Shown: positions 11,646-24,449, numbered from the stretch's first letter. The stretch is DNA of 59,007 nucleotides from Tricharina praecox (GCF_024521635.1 NW_026250439.1:186001-245007), one strand, 5' to 3'. Notes: generated from the letters alone by a model not told the origin. Numbers and translations: made by a program.

Positions 11646-12131
11646 CGCCAGTAATCCACTCTAGAGGCCTGTTGAACCACAGCGCCGAGGGCTTGCATCC
11701 TTGAGACAAATTATACATTACGTACCTAGTCGCGGCGTGCTCATGTTCACACCCTCCACAAGGTTCTCGCAGCACATATCGGAAATCACCACGATAACAC
11801 CCAATTCAAGGTCGCGTAGTACAGAGCGCTTCCGTCTACCGAATATACATACTTCGAGGTCAGGGTGGAATAATCCAGCTGAGTTCATCGTTCCCTATGC
11901 TTCTTCACGGCTAACAATATTCTCTGGATTCACTTCAGGTACGAGAACTATCCGAGCGAGGAGGCATAAAATCACCTTTCGCAAACGCACGGTGGGAGAA
12001 AAACTACAGTCAGACAGCATTCACCATGCACCAGATCACATCGAGATAGAAAGGTAGGAAGGTAGCGGAAGAATCAGTTTGCCTCCGAATCTCACTCCAC
12101 CAACCCCTCACCCTCAGCGTTCAGAGTAAAT

Positions 12132-12734
12132 CTAATGAATCACAGTCCTCAGGTAATTAGAATCCGCAAAGGCCAGGTAGCCACCAGCCCTATGCATGAA
12201 CTGATTTCCGCACCTATTCCTAATCTCCTTGCCGGCCCACGCAACCGCGGGGCAAGGGATTGCCCAACCCCCCCTGCCACACAGCGAGAGCTCGCCGCCC
12301 TTGTACCGTTGCAAGCGCGTGCACTTGCTTCCCGTATGATTTTCCTGGCCACAGGTATTCTTCTTCTGCTTGGAGACCTTCCAGACGACGTAGTCAATCT
12401 CGTCGTAGGTTGGAGACGCCCAGGAGGTCTCGCAGACCAGCTTGCCGATCTCACCTGCCGAGGTGTAGTAGTTGAAGGTGCTGTTGCAGGATGGGTCTGG
12501 GTAGATGACCGGCGCAGGATCGTGTTTGTGCTCCGGGTTTGTAATAGCGTCGTCGATGCCCGGGATCTCGAAGTGCGGGAACTCGATCATGTGGTATTTG
12601 TCGGCGGGCTCGTTGACCGTGTTGATGGACGTGGCCGAGACGCTGCCGGAGCGTGGAAGAATGCCGGAAGGAGCAGCCGAAACTACCGCGGCGATGGTGG
12701 AGAGGATCGGGAGGATACACAAGTTGATCTGCAT
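12132..12734 (-). CDS. Small secreted cysteine-rich protein, putative Ecp2/Hce2-like (KP4-type fold) effector or toxin
   Basis: Intact 200-aa single-exon ORF with a signal peptide, a pro-region and a C-terminal domain with 6 Cys (CETSWASP...CGQ..C..LC..IPC..C..AGG). TATAAAA at 12864-12858. The family call rests on motif resemblance only. Confidence 0.8.
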   Translation of the reverse strand: MQINLCILPILSTIAAVVSAAPSGILPRSGSVSATSINTVNEPADKYHMIEFPHFEIPGIDDAITNPEHKHDPAPVIYPDPSCNSTFNYYTSAGEIGKLVCETSWASPTYDEIDYVVWKVSKQKKNTCGQENHTGSKCTRLQRYKGGELSLCGRGGWAIPCPAVAWAGKEIRNRCGNQFMHRAGGYLAFADSNYLRTVIH

Positions 12735-14754
12735 ATTGATTGTTGTAGTCTGTAAATGTTGTCTTTGGTGATGCTTCGAGAAGGAGGGTCTTTAGCGATA
12801 TCTTCGGAAGGAGGGAAGGATTGGATTGTCGAATATGGATTGGTTGGGGATGGGAGCTTTTATAAGGGGAGCAGGCAAAACCGCCGATAGGCACTTGAAT
12901 GCATTCAAAGGAGTTATCCAGGAGTGATCATAGAATGTACGTGATCGTTATCAGTTGTGTCATTCACATTGGAGGGTGCTACCTAGCTAGCATGGCAAGA
13001 CTCTTCCGTCATGTTCCTGCCTCCGTAGAGGCTACGGAAGAGTGCTCAAGGCAAGCTCTCCTCTCGGCGCCTACTGCTGCCGGGCTGGCAGGGCATGTAG
13101 AGCAGCTTTGTTCGTCCAGCCATATCTACTGTCAGCTATGCTGCGCCCATCCCACGAATACAACACGCAGAACTAGTATTTCCGACTCCTTGTTGCCATC
13201 AGACCCTATATAGCTCCGTAGTAAATAGTAAACTTCGAAAATCTTAGCAAGATAGCATCGAGAACCGGTTACCGCCATTCCTCCGCAATTCCCGCCCCGC
13301 CGACTCACTGATCCGCATGCGCAGACACTTTATCACTGGATCGTGGTGTTGAACTCAACGTAGCTGGCAACAGCGTCGAACTTGTGGGTATGCGCTGCGT
13401 GAAAAAACGAGAACAAGTGAGAAATCACATCTCGGGTGTCCCGCGGGAGTGGTTTAACCAACGGCTGACCGAACGACCGAAGTGTGGGAACCCTCGCAGC
13501 CAGCGGTCGGTGACAGCGAGGTGGAAACGGATAGTATATGTCTGCCATGATCTGAGTACTAAGTTCGAATGCAGTGATGATTAAACAACCAAAACCGAGC
13601 GAAATGTTCGGGCGAGTGAGTGTACATGCGCAGCCGAGAAGGCGAGAGAATGGGGGATAGACGTCCGGCAGGTTCGAGGCCTAGGTTTACGAAATGCTCT
13701 CGACCCACCGGCGGCTCCGGTGGAACTTGCGGTATCAGACCTTTCACCGCGAACCTGCGTCCGAATAGGCCGATGGAAGGAGCTCTCACGTAGGAGGACC
13801 GGATCGATTATTCGGTGGAGCATGTATATAGAGATGCTGTCCGATCTGACGATACGTCCATCTGTCTATCTCCGTAGATGGCAAGCCCTCGTTCCCTCTC
13901 ATTCAGACTTGAGTCCTTCTGTCTATCTTGTTTGGTCACCAGGAGGTCCTCCTCGCGAGTTATCAAGCATCGGTTGCAAACACTTCGTTGGGACTCATTA
14001 TGAGTGCGGGGGGTAGTGGGGCGGATGGGATCAACGACTGGGGGAAACGCTGCAGATACAGGTTCATGACAAGCGATGACAGGGTTTCCGAATGGAGATG
14101 GAGGTGGGATATAGAGTGCAGTGAATGGAGAACGATGAAGATACGGTATATAATCGAAAGAAGGGGGTGCTCTATATAGACAGTAAAAGCTAGAGCTTCT
14201 GGTGTGGAATCTGGACTGCTAGCCACATAACGCCCAGCCCCAGGCCAATCTTAAAAATTTGACAAACAAGCACGTGATCAATCAGCAAACAACCAACGCG
14301 TGAAAAACAACACACAATGTTGTAATTGAGAGAAGAACTTGACATGATTGACGAGTCGAATGAGAAAGACGAGTAAAAGAGAGGCTGCTTTTGAGCAAGG
14401 AAACTACTGCTCTGTCTCGTTACTACTCTAGGTATGATACTGAACGCCTTCAGCGGGCGCTCCCGACTATTAAGACACACCGCCCCACATCCAGCCCACC
14501 CGCTGCAATGTGTAGGTCTTATATCTCCCCCATCGCCGCCACCGACCCTTCGGAAGCGGCCCCTAGCCTAGCTCTGGAGGGCGTTCGCGCTTGCGTCTGC
14601 ACCTTCAACGGCTCCGCCGCCTGCGGTAGTACTACGCACATCCATGGCTCGCCAATCGCGATCCGAAACCGGCTTCCCAGTCACTCTGATGATACATGTA
14701 AGAATGCAGTCCTATCCATCCCCAGTCCGCGGTGAACCACTCGCTCTCCGGCTC

Positions 14755-16597
14755 CTAGTCACCAGCATCGTTTTCGAGCAGTAACCGCACCACATCATCG
14801 TGGCCATTCTTGGCTGCCCAGTACAGCACCGTCGACCCTGAATCCGTTGTTGCCTTGATGGAGGCATGGCGATCGAGCAGTAGCTGCACTACATCTCCGT
14901 GCCCATACCGGGCCGCAAAGTGCAGCGCCGTCCAACCGACATAGTCCCTCGCTTTGATACTGGCGCCATGGTCGAGCAGCAACTGCACCACGTCGCGGTG
15001 ACCGTGCGAGGCAGCCCAGTGCAGCGCCGTCAGAGCGGAGCTCGTCATTACCCTGATGGCGGCGCTGTGGTCGAGCAGCAGCCGCACAACATCCCCGTGA
15101 TCGTATCGCGCCAAACAGTGCAGCGCCGTCCAGCCGACTCCATCCAACGCCTCGATGATGGCGCCGTGATCGAGCAGTAACTGCACGACATCGCCGTGGC
15201 CGCGCTCGGCTGCACAGTGTAGCGCTGTCCACCCCGCACCACCCAGGGATGCAATCTTTGCGCCGTGCTCCAGCAGCAGTTGCAATACCTCAACGCGGCC
15301 GTACTCGGCCGCCAAGTACAGTGCCGTCAAGCCGTTAATGTTTTTTTGCTTCTATCGTGGCGCCGTGCCCGAATAGTAGCTGCACTAACTCGCTGTGACC
15401 GTGCTCAGCTGCAGCGTGCAATGCCGTATCCGAATCCTTGTTCCGTGAGTCCACATCGACACCCAGGGTCGCTATGTGCATTTCGACGGCAGCGGTGTCT
15501 CCGTCGGAAGCTGCGGCGTGCAGCAGAGAAACCAGCTGACGCTTGGGTGTTGACGCATGCCGGATCCTGGTGGCGAAATCTGTGCCACTGTTCCGCAGCC
15601 GTTGAAGTGGCTTCGTAGAGTTTTTCGCGGCCGTGTCGAAGTTTCGACGCGCCGTCGCTCCGTCACCGCTGCTCCCCTGTACTTCATCGTATACGTCACC
15701 GTTATTCAGCTCCACAGAATACACGGGAAGTCTGATAACCGAAATTTTCGAGATCTGCGCTAAGCTCAGTCCCGTGAGCTGCGAAAACCTCGATCCCGCC
15801 GTGTCGACGGTTCTGACTGAGGCAGTCGAATAGTTCCTGAACGCCCTCCTGTACACGCGGGTCTCGCTAAGACTCCGCTCGAACATGAATCTGCGAAAAT
15901 ACTTCTTGGTTGCCGTGGTAAGGAATGAAGCAGCCCCGGAACGGATCGTGTTAGCGTCGGCGTTGTCTGTAGGTACTGTGGCTGTTTCCATGCGCTTCGC
16001 GAGGCCCGGGATCGATTGTAATACCGTTGCTAAAAGCTGCTTCAATTCGGCCATGTCTTGCTACATCTCCTGTGCCGAGCCGCTGAAAGCTACCATCAAC
16101 AAATTCCCACACCTAGACATGTCGTGGCCAAGGCGGAATGACAACAGAGACCTACCTTGTGTACACAGACAGGAACAGATTCAGCGAAGCCTTGTGCATC
16201 TGAAAGTTCTGCAGTATCCTTATGATATTCAGATCCTTTGCCGCCCACTTGACCCTATCCCAAGCGCCTAGCCGGCCCCGTCGCCATTTCCATCGCCATC
16301 GCCGGCAGTCCCAAGCCCTCCAAGTTCCATGTCCAGCTCGGAGAAGGCGCACACGTAGCCTGTCAGGGTAACCATTAGGTCCTCAACATAGATCCTCGAC
16401 TTGCGGTCTGTGTTCTGCTCGGCAAACGTGACGACGAAGTTCTCGAGCTGGAGGAAGATGGCGTGCAGTGCGCTGACCTCGATGAGCACGTTGCGAACGG
16501 TGCTTGGAGCGTCAGTGACCCCGGAAAGCAGCCGGATTATTACCGGCGCGACTCGCAGTAAGCCCACAACCGCGGCGGTGATCGTGAGAGACTCCAT
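14755..16597 (-). pseudogene. HeLo-like N-terminal domain + linker + about 7-8 ankyrin repeats, disrupted
   Basis: The N-terminus MESLTITAAVVGLL...VLIEVSALHAIFLQL is typical of the fungal N-terminal/HeLo-like domain. Lesions: frameshift near 16272, TAG at 16063-16061 (CAA in the paralog), and a +1 indel in T7 at 15341-15347. Intron at 16155-16083. 33-aa repeats read GWTALHxAAxxGHxDVVQLLLDHGA. Confidence 0.85.
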
Positions 16598-18112
16598 TTT
16601 CGGAAGAGATGGTTTGGGGAAAAGACGTTGTGGATGACGTTAGCGGAGCCGACGACTCCCCGCACTAGATGAATGTCGCGATGTTCTTCCCCGCAACCGC
16701 CAGGCCCGTGCTACCACATGTTTCCTTCAACTCGACGTGGCAACTCGCAAGCTGTCTGCCTCGCGTCTGCTCGCCAATGCGCATCCGAGGAAACCTAAAA
16801 CTAGCTGCACCGCCCCGTATGTAGTCAACTCAACGACAATAAGTAAGAACTGCATTCCCATCGGCAGTCACAAGCAGTAACTGGCTGTCTGGTGCAATGG
16901 ACGGTCCACTTACCTGGCCTCCCCTCCCGCCAGTTTGAACACATAGTATCACCCGCCCGTCATCCTACCCGACTACCTACCTCATACGCAACATCCTCCC
17001 GGGCTGTTCGACCCGATACCGTACGTAGTGAACGACGACTTTCGCCTGCCGATTGTCGGCTGCCGTCTCGTGGTCTTTGGTCTGCGGTCAATGGTCAGAT
17101 CTGCTCGTCAAGGACGAAAAGACGGGATCGACAAGCTCGACAAGCTCGACAGCCGCAGAAAGCGTGGCCTGGCTGTATACCAGTAGTAGATCACGACGGC
17201 GTAGCTTTTTGTATGTACAGTACATACTTCTCACTCGTGCCCGAAAGTTAAACGGCAGTCTGCGAGTACACAGCGGATTCTCGTGGACTGCGTCGGCGGA
17301 AAGATGTTTCCAAAGCTTGCTGGTGATGTTGGTCTTGATTTGATACACGGACCTGGTTGCTGGGTATTCCCCCGCAATCCTCTAGAGTGGCCAAGGGTGC
17401 TACATAGTCACGCTAAAGTACCCCGGGGAAAGTCTTGATTTAACGTGTCTACAAAGCGGGTTGCAGTCGCAGAGGCCGGGATCACTTCTCCCCTCGATCG
17501 TCGTTGATTTCTTACGTACGAAATGGCAGCCTGGGGGCGGGCAGCATCAGTACTCAGTGCCCGACACACTGTGTACGCCGACGGTCGAACAAGAAGTGAC
17601 GTTTGCCATGTTTGCGCCCGGTAGACACGTGCAATTCCCCGCCATGCCCGGAATCCTGCAGCGATCGCCGTCCCCGCGAAGCTGGGTCGAGTCCGCCAAG
17701 AGGTAGCTACCGCATCTAGGTGAGACGCACTGAGGTGACGAGACGATGACGCAACAATCGCCAGCCGCACTCCTGATGCAGCGACGCGCGCATACTACAA
17801 AGTAGAGTAGAGTCGATTCGCCATGATCTTGATGGTTGGTCGTTCTCGTCGTTCTCACTAGGTGTGTACGGTACGGTGTGTGATTGGAAATCTCCATGAG
17901 TGCGGAGGTGCACTGCAGTCTGCGCTGCGATCTGCATGCCGGATTGGTCGCTTTAGCGATGCGCACACTGAACTTGGTGGGTGTGCACCGGAGACATGTA
18001 AACAGGCATGCTGAATGGCTCTGTGGACTGTAAGATTTCGGCTCGCTATCGGCGGTGAGAACCGAAGGACAAAGGTCGGAAGGACTCTCGAGTGGTCGGG
18101 CGCAGAATGGAT

Positions 18113-18500
18113 ATTGAAGAGCTAAAGACCGGAGGGGCCCTTATAGTCAACGTTGGGAATGCAAAGGGTGAAAGAGGCCGAGTACCTACGAGTCACAAGA
18201 GAGAAAAGAGGACGAGACTAGAAATGGACCACCGATAATTCAGGAAGTCCCACACACGGAAGAAAGCGATCCCATGACGATGGACGATGAAACAGACTGA
18301 AAGACCCGCCGGCAAAATAAACAAGAGCACTCTGGACGTTTAAACCCACCGAATCTGGTCTAGCCAGGCCGGCGAAATTTCGCCGCTCGTGCATCTGCCA
18401 TGCCCGCCGTTTCCGCTATGTCCCACAATGTCCAGGCGGCGCGAGACATCAATTCCATAGCTATGCTGCATCGCCATGCATCTAGACCTGTGCCTCTCAC
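18113..18500. repeat. Dispersed non-coding repeat, copy 1
   Basis: Core 18303-18433 matches 19503-19633. The upstream ATTGAAGA..CCGGAGGGGCCC also matches. Confidence 0.85.
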
Positions 18501-19322
18501 CGGAGACGAAGTCCCAGTTCCCGAACAAGCCCTGAGAGTCCATCTATTTCTTCCCGGTTTCGTTTGCAGCAGGGAGCTCGTATGCGTCCTGCGATCATCT
18601 GCACATCTGCACATCTGCCAATCTTTCGAGACGAAAGGAGGACAGCTCTGTAGTAAGACAACATCCACCTGCTCGGTAGTCCGCCTCATCTATCGGTCCC
18701 ACTCGACACTCGCGGGGATCTCCCATCACAGCCTCCGCCTCAAATCGTGGCCAGATTGCGATATAAAGATCCCTCTCCCCCTCTCCGATCATCAAGCTCA
18801 CAGACATCCTGGTACATTCATCCAACAACACGCCGAAAGAACCAACCAACCAACCAACCAACACAAAACCAAAAACAATGGGCCAATGCATGGTTTGCGG
18901 TTGTTCCGACCAAACCGGAGATCCCTGTCAGTCGTGCGGCCATTCGCATGTATGTCCGCCGCCTCCGCCTCCTCCGCCCCCTCCACCGTGCCCGCTCCTT
19001 CCTTTCTTCGGATGCGGAGCAGTCGTTGCTGACGTCTGGCCCCCGTAGGGAAATTAAATCTCCTTCGAGTCTTCGACTCGCTCGACATGCTTGACTTGGG
19101 GTGGATTGGGGGCAGGAGGACTGTGATTTCTTGATTTGGGGTTTCGTTATGGTATTTCGGTACGTGGTATGTACCGGTATTCAAGGAACAGTTGAGCAAA
19201 CATTCCGTGGCATCAGTGATGCATCACAGCAGTAATTCCAATCGTTACGCAGATGGCAGATTGCAGATGGCATGTGCAGAACCAGAGTAGTGGGCGGGTG
19301 GTGCTTCGGAGCGAGACCGTCC

Positions 19323-19860
19323 ATTGAAGAACCGAGATCCGGAGGGGCCCTCAGCCGACATTGGTAGAGATAGGTTATGACAGCCTACGGGGATGAAGAA
19401 AGTCGAGCACAAGTCACAGGACAAATCAAGTCACCGGCAAAGCAAACAGGCCATGAAAGCAATGATGAAAATAATATTGATGGACGATGAGAGAGACAGA
19501 CTGACCCGCCGGCAAAATAAACAAGAGCACTCGGAACGTTTAAACCCACCGAATCTGGTCTAGAAAGGTCGGCGAAATATCACCGGTCGTGCATCTGCCA
19601 TGCTCGTCAGTCCCGCTGTGTCCCACACCATCCAACCCAACTTACAGTAGTGGATGGAGCACACCGCTGCGGTTGTTAGAGTTTTACGGTGGCGGCGTGG
19701 GTGGTGGCGGTGGAGCTGGAGCTGGAGGTGGAGGTGGCGCTGCTGCTGGCGCTTTGTGCTCGAAATCGGTGGTCGACGGTGGACGCTTTGAGGAGCGGCT
19801 GGTGAGGCTTCGAGCTGCCCAGCGGCCCAGAGCAACGTATGCACCTAGACCTATGGCAAT
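19323..19860. repeat. Dispersed non-coding repeat, copy 2
   Basis: Matches copy 1. It has extra low-complexity sequence before the shared GCAYCTAGACCT tail. Confidence 0.85.
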
Positions 19861-20444
19861 GGCTGCAGAAATACCAACCAGCGGGTACTACTGACGTAAC
19901 CCCGGAAGGTTGTATCTTCGAAGAGCCATCTACATAATATGGCTCTCCTCCGCTGCCTACAACGTTCGGTGTCACTCGATCCGACTAGCCTCTCATCCTC
20001 CTATGTTATCAGATCCTACATCTATCCTATACATGCTCCTCTCCCGGTGGTGGCAGACGACAGCTAAGTACCCATGGCTTCCGAGGGTGTAGAGTCCGAG
20101 ATGGATAGAGTGTAGGTACCGAGGTGTGGATTGGAAGAATTGGCATACAGAGGAGGAGGGGGCAGGTCTTGCTCATGCCACATCGAAAATGCTGCCCACT
20201 GATGGAGTGTGCAGTGGGGGGAGGGTAAACCAGTGAAGCCTTCCGCTGTGGGACCCAGCTGAAACCTACGTCTTGGCCGACGGTTTCTATCCCTGCACTG
20301 ACGGACCTGAGAGGGACCTACTGTCAAGATGTCGGGGACCCGGGTGGGACCAGCTGCGATGACCAGTTTTACCATGTGCGAAGTGGTTTGTTTTGATTTC
20401 GTTTGTGAGCGGGAACAGTCGACGTACGAGCGATGAAAGTTAGC

Positions 20445-20485
20445 CCCACCGAATCTGGTATAACTCGGTCGGCCAAATTTCGCCG
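20445..20485. promoter_or_regulatory. Third, minimal copy: CCCACCGAATCTGGT + CGG-N10-CCG, followed by TATATATA
   Basis: The same two motifs with the same spacing as at 18345 and 19545. TATA-like element at about 20494. Confidence 0.55.
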
Positions 20486-22319
20486 AACTCAGGTATATAT
20501 AGTAGGGTCGTCTGCCTGTCTGTTGGTCTTATCATCTGATTTGTTCTTGTTCGTCGCGGTTATCTTTCTCGTTCAATGTGATTTTTCATTGTTTGTCTTA
20601 ACCTCGACCCCCGAGCTTCTAAAATTTCCTGAATACCACAGAGGTCAACTTTATCGCTCCCCGTCAGTCCTTCCTTCCTCTTTCATTCCTCCTTCACTCT
20701 TCCCTTCATCCCTCCTCTGTTCCTTCCTAATAACACTTCCTTCACTCTTCACAATCATACCGACAACTGCATCCTTAAGGAAGCACACCACTCAAGCTCA
20801 GCGGGAAACTTCAACAGCGAAGCCAACTTCACCGACTCCATCCTTCCTTCCTTCATAACGCCGTAGCGGAGCGATAGATGAGCTGTGGGCGGCAGAAAAC
20901 GGATGTGGTTTGTAGCCACGATGGCGGGGGTCCAGAGAGTCCTCTCTCTTGTCATCTCTCATTCACTTCTCTCTTTTATCATCCACCGAATCGACTGTCA
21001 CTATCCATATCTCCTCTCGTTCATCTCTCTTCAACATCTACCAAATCGAAAATTAACCCCCATATCTTTTATCTCTTCTTCACCCTTTCCCGTCGTCTAC
21101 CGAAAAGATCATAAACCTCTATATCTCCTCTTCTTCTCTGTGTGCTCTCCTCTCGACCCGTCGCTTTCCGGCCTAGATAGGCATTAGAAAAGAGCCCTTG
21201 AAAATACCCCATCTAAGAGGAACCGACTCCCTCCTGGCTTCCTAACAACACCATCTTCAGTCTTCACACTCATATCGACAACCTCATCTGTAAGCAACTC
21301 CATCCTGCCAATCTTTCCCTCCCGTACTTCTCACCACCAATATATTCTCCTCGATACCTCTTCTTCTTCCAACAAATATGTTAGTTGCGGTGGTAGTATC
21401 TACGAGGTTCAACATAGCTGAGTCCTTTTTCTCTTCATCCCTATCGTAAGTGGCCACATTTTCTCAGCGTCACCTCTCACTCGGGATTTTGCTGATTTAG
21501 AGCATAGGACATCCCGATGGATATCGATCTAGACTCGTTACATTCATCACCGCACAGGCGGCGCGCACTGAATCTATCACCACCTTGGTCCAGAACCCGG
21601 ACGGTCGATGCTTAGCCATCGAACAACAACAAAAGAAACTCCCCAGGTGGGAATCCTGGGCTTCCCTTTCCAACCCAGCCAACTCGCAAGAGCTGGTAAG
21701 CGACTACGAGAGCCGCCCGTCCGGCCACGTCATTCTCAGTGAAATATCTTTTTTCCAGTTATTTATTTGCCTCTTTATCGCCTTACTCTGCATTGACGCT
21801 TTAGTCACCTTTCTTTGCACTTTTTATGCTTGATTTGACTGTACGCTTCGGGGCGAAGTTCATGTGCCGGGCGATCCTAACCCTCGCCCTTACACAGGCC
21901 CGGGTACCCGGTGGCATTCAAATTCACTCGGGTGGAATAGGATAAGGCGGGAGCAAGCAAAAACGGGACGGACGGGCCGATCCTAGAGTTCCCAGGAACG
22001 TCAGACGTGGAAGGAAAGCTCCGCCAGACTTGGAGGAGGAAGAGAAGGAGTCCAAAGAGAGGCAGGAGGAGAATGAGGAGGAGGAGGAGAAGCAGGAGGA
22101 GAATGAGGAGGAGGAGTAGTCCGAAGAGAAGGAGGAGGAGGAGAAGGAGCAGGAGCAGGTTACTATGTCCGTTCCCGGTGCGAGGAAGTAAGAAACGAGG
22201 ATATGTAGTATGTTCTTTGTGCGATTTCCTATGTTATTTTTTGGTAGGCATTGATCTCTCCTACCACTCCACAGCACCTCTATTTACTATTTTCCACAAA
22301 ACCACAGAACCCCCCAGAC

Positions 22320-23248
22320 ACCATGAAAATCGACTCCGCAATGCTGGCGCTCAATCCAGACCCTCCCCACCGCGTGATGCGCCCATACCACCCATACTGA
22401 CACCCCCGGAACTCCTGACCCTCCCGCCGATCCCGCCAATCCCAGCAAGCATCATCAGTACCTCCCAAAGCCCAAGAAAACCCCAAGCCCACCAGCACTA
22501 TCCGTCGCATAAAGACCACTCTGAAATCGACCTAGATGATGAGTTCCGCTGCGCTGCGTGCAAGCAGCCGCTGGACCCCATCATGCACTCGCACGAGTCG
22601 GATTTCGGGTGTGGATGCGAGGGTACGTAGCTATTCCATCCTGCTGATAGACAGGAGGGGGTGCTGAGTGGTATGGTGTGGGGTAGATATCCAGCGGAGA
22701 AAGAAGCAGCAGCGTACCAAAGCGTGGGTGGACTGGGCGTTCGTCGACGATGGCCCCGCTTCCGCTTCCGCCTCTGACGACGAGGAGGGTGAGGAGACAT
22801 CCGCCTCCTCCTCTTCCGAAGAAGAAGAAGTCACAGACCCCGCCCTCACAGCTGAGCACACGCGCTACGCCTCCTCCTCGGTATCTGGCGACGACGAAGC
22901 CACAGACTTAGCCCTCACCGTCGTGCGCGCTCGCTACGCCACCCGGCAGGCAAACGTGCACCTGACATGCACCAAGCGCCGCTACATCGCCACGCGATAC
23001 ACCATGCTCGCGATGCGGGGCGCGCTAGAAGAGTGGGAGCGCCTGCGGAAGCGGAGCATACACGCGCGGATCGGGATCTTGATGAGGCTGAGATGAAGTA
23101 TAAGATCGCGAGAAAGAAGCAAGAGGAGGCCGAGGAGAAGTGTGGAAGCAAGTTACCGGAGTATGTGAAGGAGTACGAGATCCCGATTCTATGCGAGGAT
23201 GGGAGCTGTAACGATTGGGTGTGTAGGGATGATAGGCATGCGTGTTAG
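22320..23248 (+). pseudogene. Hypothetical or decayed gene with Pro-rich, Cys-containing and coiled-coil parts
   Basis: FRCAACKQPLD..GCGCEG, then a canonical-looking intron GTACGT..CTGAT..CAG (about 22623-22654) and an acidic segment. An apparent frameshift near 23050 leads into EAEMKYKIARKKQEEAEE..CxxxxC. No start codon or family identified. Confidence 0.25.
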
Positions 23249-24449
23249 CGGGAGGGCGGATGGGGGAGAGGGCAGAGGGCAGTTCGACGATGTGGGGAAG
23301 GCGTAGATAACCTTCTATATTATCTCCGCCGAACTCATGCTGCTCATTATCCTCTTCTGTCATCTCTTCTAAGTTGTAAGCATGCCTTCCATAATATTTT
23401 ATCCTGTTCACGATTCTCAGCAAGGAGCCAGCAGTAGCTATCTTCGAGAGCGGCTACCATTATACCGTTGGAATCCTGGGGAAATCTCTTTTTTGTTTCA
23501 TAATCGACCGCATGCGACCTGGCTAGACTATAGACGATAGATGATGGCAAGACCGAATGCATTGTTCGGATGAAAAACAAGAACGAGGTCCGCAAATCAC
23601 ACTCCCAATTCCCGCGTGCGAGTGAGATATCATGTGTCTGCCGAACGCTTTTCGCGATAGTTGGCGTGACCACAGGGGGTATCACTCGTCCGGAACAGCA
23701 TGAAGGAAGTTTAGACTATCCGCTATCTCAGTGACAACGAGAACGAAAAAGTAACTCTACATCCTCATCCCCTCGTCGCCCGTACGCACAGCGTCACAGA
23801 GTCACAGACTGCCTCCTCGCCGTGCCTCCCCACCTTCCTCTGCTCACGTCTCCAGCCCATCCTATCCTCTTCCTCTAACCAACCAACCAACCCACCAGCC
23901 ATTCCTCCTCCTGGGCCCTGGCAGACAAGCTCTACATACATACTAACCACGCGACTACCGCAATCTTGCGTGTGAATTTACTTACAGGTGGTGTCGTGCT
24001 TCCGCGCGTGCGTGGACGGTGGATAGAACCGGCGGCGGCGCGCCGGCGACGGCGGAGCCAGAGATACGTGGTAGGTACACAACGGATGCGGCGAGGCTGG
24101 GGACGGAGCATGTGTGGATAGTTCGCGTAGCCTTCCGTCCTTCCATCCTTCCATCCCTCAACCCACAACCCACAACCCCCAGGTGGCAAGATTTTGATGG
24201 GCGCGGGTGTGGGTGTGGGTTCTGCTGTGAGCATAGTTACTACCTACAGGCTACAATAGTAAAAATTGGGGGTTTATTGGTATGGAGGCAGTACCTACCA
24301 AAGCCAGGCGCCATTAGGTCAAATACAGGTAATCCAACATCGGCGAAGTTCTTACATACAGGGAGCAAAGGAGTATCATGTGAAAAGTAATGCCCATGAC
24401 TCTGCCACGTCGGTACCTAAAAATGACATTCACCCCGTTATTTGATATT

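Noticed and set aside
2728..16272. All frameshifts being homopolymer sequencing errors
   Set aside because: The secreted and HeLo-like pseudogenes also carry nonsense substitutions (3082, 5778, 16063), and the multi-kb conserved ORFs have no indels. Individual sites still need read checks.
18345..20445. Exact 1200-bp and 900-bp spacing of the three motifs
   Set aside because: Only two intervals, and the intervening DNA has indels, so it is probably coincidence.
22007..22200. Arg-rich or Glu-rich ORF from a GAG tract
   Set aside because: Low-complexity purine repeat; no supportable gene model.
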